A stretch of DNA of 64,000 nt from Lingula anatina (lineage: Eukaryota > Animalia > Brachiopoda): the NCBI GenBank assembly GCA_051362555.1, contig CM120646.1, positions 5,704,001 through 5,768,000 on the forward strand, in the 5' to 3' direction. The notes under the pieces were generated by a model. It saw only the letters and a program-made list of their open reading frames with translations. It searched no databases and was not told the origin of the DNA. Positions 48,352 to 60,282 of the stretch are shown here, piece after piece; position 1 is the first letter of the stretch, and each line of letters starts with the position of its first letter. A program made the position numbers and the translations under genes.

Positions 48352-50154
48352 TTAACTATCGTTTAGCAGCTTAAGCAGGCGTCCCAGACAGACTAAGCCA
48401 CTTAAGCTGAAAGCAATTTAGCGAGAAACCCCATGGAGATGGGCCGATCCTGTTAGATCGATCTAGGGATGGGAACCCAAGTCCTATTTCAGAGTCACGG
48501 AGCACTGTCAGGAAGACTTGGGCAGGCCCAATTGTGATAGGTGCGACAACCAGACACCACCCTGGTGTCCTCATTGAAGATGGCATGTCTTTACACTAGT
48601 AAAAATCTGTAGAAATAACCCTATTATTGCTTGAGGAAATCAACATTTCAACCGACACAAGATTATCACCAAAACCGAATACCAATGCGATGCAAATACA
48701 TTTGGATGACAGAAAAGACGATCTTAAGCATTCCTGGGCCTCTGGTTTCAATTGCCATTCTGCAGCATGAGTTATGCTGGGGTGTCTTCTTGAATTCTTG
48801 GATTAAGATGGCTTAGAATATAAAAGCCGAGTGCATCATTTGTTTAACGTAATCCCGGCTGTGGTTTATGTTGACATCCATTTTTACCATTTTTACTCTT
48901 AGTGATTCCGTTACTTCGTAACAGAGGCCAACTAAGTGATGACTTTAATTCCACGTTTACTCCAGCGGGCAGCGGGTACGTGTCCCTTCGTTAACGTCTG
49001 ACGTACCCCCCCCCCCCCCCCCCTAAAAAGTATAACTATCAAAACGAGAGAAAAGAAGGCAATTTTATATCTCTATCACAGCCAAATTGTCATTATTTAT
49101 ATTAAGTGTTTTATATGTGTAGAGAGAAGCGACGCCAACTTTTTTATTCATGTTAGTACCTTCCTACGTGATACATACGTAACCACTAGTTACCTGAAGC
49201 ATGGAAGTATATTTCGATGTCTCATAAAACCGCAGAACTTTAGCTTCTTTAATAGGGGTCAAGAAAAATGTTGATATGGTGTGTTTAAAGCACACGATGG
49301 GCGATTGATCCTCAAAGTAAAATTACTACTGGATATTTCAACACCTTTTCCTTAATCAACAAGGTATGTATTCAAACATCGTCGCAGACTTAAACCCAAT
49401 ATTGAGTTGTAAGTGTCTATGGTTTGAGTTACTCTCGTCATGGGGGTGAATACTGATGATACCGGTGAAAATTGGAAAACGGTGTGAAAATCGTAATTTC
49501 TCACCATTTTTGGATACCGTTAACATTGGTGCTATAAGATAAAATTGCAAAAATATCCAGGGGAATTATTTTTTTCCGCATTATAAAAGTCTAGCTTCTT
49601 AAACGTAGAGCTATGTGTAGCTGCGCCTTATTTTCTATTCTCTGTGACTACACTTTCAATTATCCAGAGAATTCTAAACAAATAAATAAACATCTCCTTA
49701 CCTTTGAAATCATCGTCTCATTGAAGAATCAGCGGCGTCCAAGTACAGCCTAGTATGACCTGGTAAAGTATAACGCAGATATAATGCTGGGCAATTAAAA
49801 TGTATCGCCTATTGCCAATTTAACTACTTAGCATGCAGCCTCGGGAAAGAGGTCAGGAACAAATGCCTTCTTATATTATCCTTATCATGCAGTACCAGCT
49901 CAGGTAAAGGAGCCGATACACTCCCATTTATAGAATTACTGAAGCTCAACCAGCGATCGACGTGCATCCGTGTCATTTATACAAAACAGGAGGCATTCCT
50001 TTTTTCATATAGAAAAGCTCTGTACGCGAACCAATTCTCCTTTCGGTGTTAGCGTTAAAAAATTTACATTGTTTTCACAATGGAATTCCCCACCTGTTAT
50101 CTATTTTATATATTTCAATGAACTGGAAAATGTCTCGTGTCGAAAAGTCCTTTC

Positions 50155-50325
50155 CAGGGGCGGATTGCATGAGGCCGTCTTCTGGGTCTTCCGGAAGACG
50201 GTCAGAGTTTCAAATTTACATTGACAGGCATCTATTTTTTCTATCGGAAGACGGTCAAAAATGGAGGATGGATAAACAAAGATTATTTGGAAGACTGTCA
50301 GAAAATATCCCTGGATCCGCCCCTG
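50155..50325. mobile_element. hAT-type MITE with 5-bp TSD (copy B)
   Basis: CAGGGGCGGAT...ATCCGCCCCTG; TSD CTTTC. Confidence 0.85.
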
Positions 50326-53133
50326 CTTTCTCCACATCAACTATTTCTCGAACTATTTTTGAAGAACAATTCTTAAAAGATTCCGACTAAACAAACAAAG
50401 AGAAATTATAGTCTGGTCAAATGATGTTAGTTCTAAAAAATACTATTTTCCAGTACATACATGTATACTAAGTTTTCGCGTTCTCTACAAAGAGGCTTCG
50501 ATCAAGCTGTTACAAAACTGAACGTTCAGTTTTGTTACAGCTAGGAGACCTATGGTACAGTTAAATTTTCGTGGACAGTTAAAACTTTGAGGGCCCATTT
50601 TTATCATTTAAGACATTATTTTCTCTTAAAAGCACCCCGTTTCTACGCGGTTTTGACTTGAAGATCGACGAGCACTGCAGTATCTTGTTGAACGACTTAC
50701 AAGGACGTTTAAGATTGCGTGTCATATTAGTTCATGTGTCATATTTATGTCATATATGATTACATACTCATATAACAGCGTATCGGTGAGTGGCAGTCTT
50801 AAAAGATTTACCAGTTAGTCAGCCAATATTTCGTGTTAATAACGCATGAATAAATTTTATCAACTAGAAATGGATAATTTATCGAGGGCACGAGTAACCT
50901 CCTGTCAAGATCCATTGTTAGTACCTTGTTGCCACTCACCTAGGCTACGACTTTATGCTTGATTATATCATAAATCTTCTGTGATACTGTAATTCTGGAT
51001 CCATGTCAAGTCACAGATGTCTAGTTACTTTTAAATAATTAAATTAACTTACAGAGTGGAGTTAAAGGAGATAGAGATATAAAGATCTGAGAACTTCAGG
51101 CTATTGATTTTTATTCCCTCTCCTAGCTATGCTTCACTGATAAGATTTTTCTATTCCGTACCTGAGTGTGGAGTAGCACCGAGGAGAACAGAACATATCG
51201 TACTATGCTGCTAAGACCGCGTTCAGATTCAAACATCGTAACAGCTGGATCGACCCAGCTCTGTGTGGAATTCTTGCTCTGGTGAATTCAGTATGATAAG
51301 CTCAATTGTCTGACACGGCTCCCTGAATCTGTAGTTTTAAAATTAGTTAACTACCCCTAGCGGCTCGAGGAGGCATGTCAGAAATATAAGCGGATTACAG
51401 TGTTTGCACTTAGGGAGAATCTCCCGCAGAGCTGGCTCGATTCAGCCAGTACGATGGGTTTATCTGAACGCCCCCTAAGTCATGTCAACTGATCCAGACC
51501 TGGAGCGCGTCTGTTGCTAAAGAGGACAACGTCTACACTGAAGTAAGACATTAGGTGATTCATTGAGGGCACAGACTTGACTAGCATAACAATTAGTGAT
51601 GTATACGATGCTCTGGAGGACAATTTTAATGTGGAGGAGGTCAGGAAAATATGCCACAACGGCTAAGTAAGAGATAAAGAAATGCAGCTTTAACTTCGCT
51701 GGCATCGAGGTAATAGGCCTTTTGCAGCTAGATGACTAGATGTTGACTACTTTTGTTTACTAAAGAGCTTGCTGTCCAGCATTCTTTCGTTAAGTGGAGA
51801 GAAAGCTCTTAAGTTAACAAAAAAAAAAAAAAAAAAAAAAAGTCAACATGTTCAGCAATTAGGAAACATGAAGGATAGAAAAAAAAAAACTGAATTAATT
51901 TTCCATACTTTCATTATTAGTTAAAGATTTAGCGTGCCCTAACTGCCCTATAGGCCTACCTCCGGGCGGGGAGGGGGGGGGGGGGTGCTTGGTATGTAAA
52001 TGGTGATTAAGAGCTCATTGGTGAGTTTTCAAGGATATCGTTACATAATGGTATAATAGTCTTTGAGCGAATTTAGAACAGCGGACTAACAGATCCGCGG
52101 ATCAAATATGGAAACCCGCTTAAAAGCTTGCCGCTTAGACACTGAATAGATTCAGCACGGGGATTAAAAAAATAAAAAGCCAGGATTTTACACCGCTTCT
52201 ACGATCACAACGAAAACAGATTATACTAACTTTAAACAAAGATCATAACCTAATATATCTACATCAATTTCATCGACACCGACCCCGCATTATGAAACAA
52301 AACCGGAAGTTTGCCCTTTTTTACCCAGCATGCAGAGCGTAAACAATCCCTGTTTTCACGTAAAGTTTCAAGTGTCTGCTACAATGTATCAAACGCGCTA
52401 TGCAGACGCAATATGAACTGAAAACAAGTGTGGAAAATTCGTTGCTCCCAAATTTGATAAAAATATTAATGAACTTACCGGGTACGTTTATTCAAGCAGG
52501 TTTTAAAGTCATTTACCGTCCGCTCTTGTCTGCAAAAGTTATTGTCAGTGTCTCGATTTCTAACATTTTCACACCGGTTACGGGTTACGGGTAGATACAT
52601 CGATCGCTGTGGACGTAAACACGTCCCTCTTTCTTTAGGCCCTACTACTATGTTTTGTAACTTGTCTCGTCTTTTACATTGTTTGTGTTTCTTGTTCTCG
52701 GGGAATTGAAATCATTTTCAAAACATCCACTTTCAAGAGTAACAGGCAAAGTTGAAGTATTCCAAGATCTCATAGAAATGGCTTGATTGTTCGGCTGTGG
52801 GTGCTTTCTGTGTACTGTAAACTGCCGCTAGAGAACGCTACAAGCGCTGTCACGCGACTTGTGTCTTTAAATGAATTTGTTCTCACAAAATAACACTTCA
52901 TGTTGACTTCATGTTAACAGATTATTCTAACTTTAAATCAAGATCACAACCTAATATGTCTGCATCAGTTTGTTCCCATGTTAAGATTAGGTTAATATTT
53001 TTCTGACTTAACTTAATGATTATGACCCTGAAACCGCCCCCCCCCCCCAAAAAAAATAATAATAATAAATAAAAATAAAAATAAAATAATAAAAAATAAT
53101 AATAAATAAATAAAATAAAATAAAAAACAGCCT

Positions 53134-54183
53134 TCAGTCTCCGACCATAACAGATAATTCTAACTTTAAATCAAGATCATAACCTAATATGTCTGCATCA
53201 GTTTTATACATAGTCTGCAGCTCTTTGATCATCCAAGGTTTAAGAGTGGTGAAATGTTTGGAGACCAAATCCTTGGTCTTGTATTTTGCAAAGTCAACAT
53301 TGTCTGACTGCGGATAGGTGATTTCGTCAATCCCTAACATTTTCAAAAGATTGTTGGAATCCTCAACGATGGTTTCGTATCTTCCTATGACGTCATAGTC
53401 GACGCTGCAGGGGTGGCACAAGGAATGCTGAATACCCCAATGGACATCAGGATGCTTTTTGGTATTTATCACAAACTGGATATATTCTGGGAATGTTACG
53501 TTATGTTCCATAATCATTGCATCTGTCACATTAGGCCTCTTGTGTATGGAACGTAAAACGTAACCAGCAATAAACGGGTGATAAATATAGTATTCATTTT
53601 TTGCTTTATCGAGTTTTTCTCGAAAAAATGAGACCAGTCTCTCGAATGGATGTCTCGTGATAAAAACTTTAGTGTAGCTTTTCAGTCTGGCGTCACTGTC
53701 TGATCTGCGTGTAAATGATTTTAATCTTTTCAACACTTTGTTGGACAATCCTTCGTGAACTCCAATCTTACTCAGGGACCATATGTAAGACCTGTTGTAG
53801 TTGCACGTCATCAGAAGCATGATTCTTTTCCAGTTTGTGCAGCCAGCTTTGGGAATTTCACAGAAGATGAACTTGTGGTGGTCATCGACCCAAAACAAAT
53901 GCAAACGTTCCCCTGCTGGTAGTGGGTTTGTTTTGATGTTGTGTTCAGCACATTTGCGGCGTATGAATTCTTTCCGTTTTATAATATTCTCTGCCCACGA
54001 TGTATTAACCGATGAAGCGTTCATCCTGGGTGGAATCTGAAAAAAAAAAAAAAATGATGAATTAAGAAAGCAAGAAACGGGAGCAATTTATAGACAACAG
54101 AAATAACCTACCTGCTAAAGAAACGGGAGCAATTTATAGACAACAGAAATAACCTACCTGCTACAAAGTTGGTTTTGTTCCCG

Positions 54184-54257
<74 letters not shown>

Positions 54258-56035
54258 TTTGATAATTTTTCTCGGTAAAATGAGTGCAATTAAAATGTTT
54301 GCTTAAACGGTATTATATATGATACATGTATTATTTATTCAAAGCGAGTGTGCAAATATTTACTGTGTTAGATGTGTATTTTGACCTTATGCAAAACCGC
54401 AGCAATTGCCTCGAGATATCAAGCAATATAAGGGAAACCTCAGCGGATTCAACGTTTCTAACCATAGCGCATAATTCCTTAAACCCTTCCATGTAAAACG
54501 GAATCCACCAAAGTTGGTGGAATAAGAGAGGAAAGCAAGCTTTATTAAGTTCCATAATTTCTCACGAACCATCTTTGGCTCTTTCTCCATGAGTAGTTTT
54601 CCTGTGAGTCCTCTCGGTTTACAAATTTTCAGCGTCTCTGCCTCCTCTGATACTGTTGTTTTTGGCAAGAAAGAGGTCCTTGTTTTTGGTGAACTCGTGG
54701 TTTTTGAGATATTCCATGTTGCTTCAGTTTTTCTCCTGCTAGCTTTGGCATTCCCCGGAAACGCTGTGACTTGTAGATTGGCGTCACTAGTTTCACTAAT
54801 GTTGGGGAAGGTTTGCCTCACAGTTTTCTTGATTTTGTCGTTGCGAATCTGTTAATAAATAGAGATGCAAAAATACTGTCAACACTAAACTGTCAATTTG
54901 TTTTGTATCAGAGTTCAAATTTTCTAAAATTATTGACATGTGGTCATGTAAATTCTGTTCCTGTGCATATAAGCAAACAAAGTCAAATGTTTTGTTCTTT
55001 TTTTTCGGTAAGAAAAACATATGAATAAGTATCTGCTATATTGTGTCCGCTATGCTTTTTTCAAATTGTATAACCTGCACCATGTCTTACTTCATTGGCA
55101 GATTATGGAGTTTTAAATAGCCAAGAGAAAAAGTTGTTTGATCACTTAATTTTCTTTTTTATATGAATTTTGATTTTGATTTTTGATAAATGAATGTTAT
55201 CTTGTAGTATGTTTTGTGCTAAAGAACAACAGTAATGGACCTCAGGTTGCCTAACTCATGAGGGTGGGGTTGTCCCTGGGCGTGAATGATTCAATTGTCT
55301 CAATTGAAGAATTATTGCATCGTTACTTTTAATATAACCTGCACAAAGGCAGATTTGAAAAAAAAAATTGATGATTATTATAAATATTCAATGTCCAGGT
55401 ACCGACATTAATATCCACGAAACAGGGCCCATAGGGTTGAACGCCCTTCCACAATTTCTTCCTCCTTAATTGGAGAGTCTTGTTAATTTTATTCCATTAA
55501 ATCATCCTTAATTACGTAAGGGTATATGGTGTTTATTTATTTACTTTTTTACAATAATATACATGTATTTCTTGGGTCCAGAGGGGTTGTAGTACCGCCT
55601 TCTGCAACCAACTCACTACTAGAGAGCGAACATGATAATTTAGATGTTACCATTACTAACTCTCCCTTTGTAAGACCCGTCTCCTTAACATGCACCTTTC
55701 CAACTGCTATGTCGTTGCGTCTGATTTCTAAAAGAAAAAAAAAACAGATTTGATATAGTGTTAACATTTCCGGAACATCAATCAAACTAGTCACCGATCC
55801 TGGAAAACGTACGAGAGAGAGAGAGAGGTCAGAAGATATACTGCTATTGGTGAAAACATAACGCTTCAATCAGATATTCTAAAAGGAATTACATGTATAT
55901 AAAATGACACGATAGTGGTAGTGGATTCGTGTATAAAGTTATATTTTACTCACTTAGAGACACATAAGCCATCCATGCTATTATTCCGAGAGTGAAAAGA
56001 GCAATACTTCGAATTACTACCGACCTTGTGTTCAT
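53134..56035 (-). CDS. Carbohydrate sulfotransferase (CHST8-14/CHST11-like), copy 2
   Basis: Exons 55954-56035 (MNTRSVVIRSIALFTLGIIAWMAYVSL), 55651-55727, stem exon ~54546-54848 (donor non-canonical), catalytic exon 53134-54036 with FCEIPKAGCTNWK and RHPFERLVSF. Confidence 0.88.
54185..54250. repeat. (TA)n microsatellite
   Basis: Perfect TA run of about 33 units. Confidence 0.95.
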
Positions 56036-56079
56036 GCTCTCTAACAAAATAAATAAATGAATAAATAAATAAATAAAAT

Positions 56080-56310
56080 TATTAGAAAAGCACTCAGAAA
56101 GGGCAAACCTCTACAAAGACAAATAATTAAGTAATTAACCATTATAAATGGATTACCACGAAAATCTAGCGATTTGTTCCTCGGTTCAATTCTGACCTAT
56201 TCTAAATATTTCATCAAAGCTATAGTATACTCATATCTCTTTGCTTAATGTTTCTGATAAAAAAGGCTATTGGAACCGAAAACATAACCTTTTTGCGAAG
56301 GTAATAAATA
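56080..56310 (-). mobile_element. Short non-autonomous Helentron/pearl-like element (partial copy also at ~62598-62660)
   Basis: Ends TTAGAAAAGCACTCAGA... and AACATAACCTTTTTGCGAAGGTAATAA (terminal hairpin with subTIR); family assignment by pattern only. Confidence 0.45.
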
Positions 56311-58699
56311 TCAGTAAAGGCCTTATTCTGTTCCATGGGCCTCGCACTTTTTCTAATTAAAACGTGGGGACTATTTGTGGCATTAACGTTATGTCATCCT
56401 TACGTACCTATCAGTGGCTTTTTGCAGAGAAGGATGTACTACTAAGGATGTACTACTACTAACGGCTAATCCATATACATGTACATACTCCTGCCGGTAA
56501 CAGTGTAAAAAAATGGAGGTTTGTCTAAATATAGTAGAATAATTAATTAGACTATATTTGCCTTCTCTACCCATATTCTGTGAATGCTCATTTGGAACCA
56601 GGATGAGGTTAAGGTTAAGATACCAGTATAAATCTTTTGAATTAAGTGTGCCACTGCTAGTGCAATATAACGTACACGTTTTTTAAGCACGGCACCTTAA
56701 CATTATACTGATATACTCATTATACTGTTATCAATGCAAAGACCCAATTGGGAGCTGGTCTAGCCCAGTGAGTAACTGGACGAGCTTGGGATCTGTGACA
56801 TCAAGCTTTCGGGAGGAACGTGTATGTATATGAAAAGCATTGAAATGGAGAAGATTTCATTGGAATGAATTATGTACTCGGCAAAAATGTAACACATTAT
56901 TTGATACTACAGACTTACTTGACATTTAATATGGAACATTTTTTCACAACATTTTTCTTTGATTTTTTCTCCTACTTATCCGACCTATGGATGAAAACAA
57001 GGATTTGAATGTTGTTTTAATAACTTTTTCTGATCTTTTCATGATAATTGTGTTCTTTAACTGAAATCAACTCATTAAGCAAACAAAAAATATATGGTTG
57101 ATTCTTAGTCAAACAGCAACCATTAAAAGCATTATTTCGATCCCCATATTTTCCAAATTATCATCTGTGAAAGAGTTAAATGCTTCAAAAAGGACGCTCG
57201 TATCAGTGTCTAGTCACAGCAACGCTCAGTGGTGCGTCTGGCCTCTGCTACTGTGGCTCTAAAACGGTAAAGTATTCCTTCAGACAGGTTTCTTGGAGTT
57301 TGAATAGGAATATTTTTCCGGGCGTCGGTCGGAGCTTGTCCAATTTGGTTCAGATTTGTTGTAGGACCAGTAGGCCATCGGCGAGTACTACTGGTAGCTT
57401 TCCAGGCTTTAAATCTAGCAATTTTGACGGTACTAGCGGTAGCTGCTCAGACCTTTGGTTCTGCAAGTAATCTGCAAGTACAGGTGCTATGCGTAGACGG
57501 ATATCTTCAACTTGTAATGTTAAAGTGTTCCTGAGGTGCCCTCTAGCAAATGTAAGGTAGTTGGTTTCCAGAATATTCCTGTTTTTGTTCTGGTTAAGGT
57601 TTCTATAGATGACTACCAATGAGGTTTTGGCATCAACGTGAAAATTTCCCCAAGTAACATGCTCCCACCTCACCAAGTTGCTCTGGAAGCGACACACACT
57701 TAGTTGTAGGTTTCTTTGGAATGTCTGAGAACTCTCATTTGACCACCTTGGAAGTTTACATGAAATCTAAGTTTCCAGTATTGTGCCCAAACACTTTTTA
57801 AATAGTTCCCAATTCATTGCAAAAATAGACGGCGATATGCGCTGTTCAAAGAGGGTTCCTCAGAGGTTGCATAGTATAGTGACCTGCTCAAACCAGTCTG
57901 GAAATGACAAAAAGCCTTGAAAACGCTTTTTGGAGACAATTTGCCACTCATTCTGAGGGGAACTGGCTGTCTTTGTTTATTTGTAGCGGCAAAATCGTAA
58001 AAACAATGGATTTTGTTTCCCGGTGGTAAGTGCTGGATGTCTTGGGCGTGACCTGTGTGGAGGCACACCAGTCTGGGCATACGTCTGTAAGCCTTTGCAG
58101 AGCTCTCCTCTGTTTTGCGTATATCTGTTTATCTGTTTTGCGTGATTCTGGCGCAGAGCAACAATGCTGCCACACTTTGCTTCGCTTTTTTTTTACGCAC
58201 GGTAACATCCTCTACTGTAAAATTTCAAAATCTGCGCGATCTTTGCTGAAATATCGAACATTTTTTTTGGACGGAGCCATGCTCTGTAATAGTCATGCTT
58301 AGAACAGACCAAAGATTGCTACCCAAAGAAATCACCACACATTTTAATTTGTAATGCAACCGTGCTTCAGACAAAGCAGTCATTTAATTGTACTGACACA
58401 CCTGACTGCGCATTCAGTTATTCTCAAAATTCATATGAGATGCACGTTTTAGAAATAAATAATACATTTTTACCTAGACATACCTATGAATATAAAATAT
58501 TCCATATTAAGTGTCAAGTCTGTGATACATTACAATTAGTGTCAATATAAAGCAGTATTAAAGTTATCAAATGCTCAGGACATGGCATTATGTCACATAA
58601 TCTAAACTAGGTCCAAATCATCTCTATATTATTATTACGTACACACCTACTTTGACTACTTACCTGTTTATATGAAACCGTTCGTCATCAGCTACAGGA

Positions 58700-59600
58700 C
58701 TGAAATAATCCACTATCAAACTGATTGAACATGCATATCTACTTAACTTGCTTTCAATTTAATTCTTTCATAATATCATTGTTCATTTGGTTAAATATTT
58801 TTCCACTTACTAGGTGCGACGAAGTAGCTTGAATAGCCTCTTCTAGATGGTATCAATGATAAGCTTAAATTTGGAATGATTGTTTGGACGTTTTACGTCC
58901 TCGCTTTTTGACGTCGAAGTATATACAGCCACCTGCATTTTACAGTGCATTATTTAACTTTTGATGATTAATCATCGTGCAAGTCAGTACGCCCCTATAT
59001 ATATAGTTTTTGCATTGAACGTTTGTGGCTGTCATGTTTAGAAAAGCGAATATAAGTCTGCTTTTTATTGAATGAAAGACCTTGATATTTTTAATTGCTA
59101 CACAGTACAGTTAGAATTGTATTCATAGCGGAAACTAACAAATCCATGAAAACAAAAATCACATTATAACCCAGAAAAGCCGTCTTTTTTTGCAATCAAA
59201 GGAGCTAAGTGAGGCTTTCCGACATGACGCACTGGATGTGGGCTGAACACAGCAGCAGTTCTTCAGGGTTGCTGGATGCCTGGATGATTCCCTGGTTCTC
59301 ACGTCACGAGATGGGGCACCTGTATGTCTGAACAACATATCAATTGTGCTGAAAAAAAAAATTAAATCTGATATGAAATAAACGGAGCGACCCAAATAAT
59401 GAAAAAATATCGAGAAAAAGATTCATTCTCCGTTGCTTTCTATGTTTCAGTATCCATTTGCAAGAGGTGACTTAAGGGATACTACAAACTTCATAGTGAC
59501 AGTTCTCACAGTACTCGCATGCTGAGTGATATGTTGCAGCAACGCAATGTTCTGAGGATGGAACGACCTTTTTTTGAGCTCTGATAATAACCTTATTGTG
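58700..59600. repeat. Segmental duplication of sulfotransferase upstream region (paralogous to ~62695-63530)
   Basis: Colinear shared blocks, e.g. ATAATCCACTATCAAACTGATTGAACATGCA, CTTGAATAGCCTCTTCTAGATGG, AAGTCTGCTTTTTATTGAATG, TGAACACAGCAG..TTCTTCA. Confidence 0.85.
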
Positions 59601-60282
59601 CCCCTTGGTCATTGATTGGAGTTAACAATGCGGAGGAGATTCAACACCCTAAAAATCTGGACTCATTCCGCCAAGCTCGCCGGGAAATTGCTAATCTGTG
59701 CCAGAATGGCGGGAAAAAGCCAGACAGATTATTGTGTCACGTATGGGGATTTTTTACCAGTTTCGGATAGCATGATATCGAGCTACTGGAGAGTTTTCAA
59801 GGAAACAGTTTTTGTTATGTTACATGGATGGTTTAAAAATCTTTAACTTTTATTGCATGCTTTTAATGTTTTGGCTAAAATATACAAGAGTCCTTATGAT
59901 AATAAAGTCCACTTGGAATGGAATATTTTCTCCCGAGATAATGGGAAATTTAAAAAAGTGCAGGTACCCGTTTTTAATCGTCCTCCTCACCTGCATCATT
60001 GCCTATGGAATCTATCAAATTTATTAATAAGTGGAAAGGGTTGGTCCAATGTTAAGATTGGTTAATATTCTTTTGACTTAATATTTATAACCCTGAACAC
60101 CCCCCACCCTCCCAAAAAAAGTGTAAAAGGTTGGTCCAATGTTGAGATTGGTTAATATTCTTCTGACTTAATGTTTATAACCCTGAATTGAACAATAAAT
60201 AAATAAATAAAAAAAAAATAAATAAATAAAATAAAAAACAGCCTTTTACGCCGCTTCATTCTAGGACCTTAACAGATTATTC

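Noticed and set aside
54387-54545. Hydrophobic C-terminus of ORF 54387-54821 as a separate membrane protein
   Set aside because: Read-through into intron sequence homologous to the copy-3 intron; the upstream part is the sulfotransferase stem exon.
56750-56800. tRNA gene or tRNA-derived SINE head (GGAGCTGGTCTAGCCCAGTG)
   Set aside because: Only an A-box-like start; no B box or cloverleaf can be supported.
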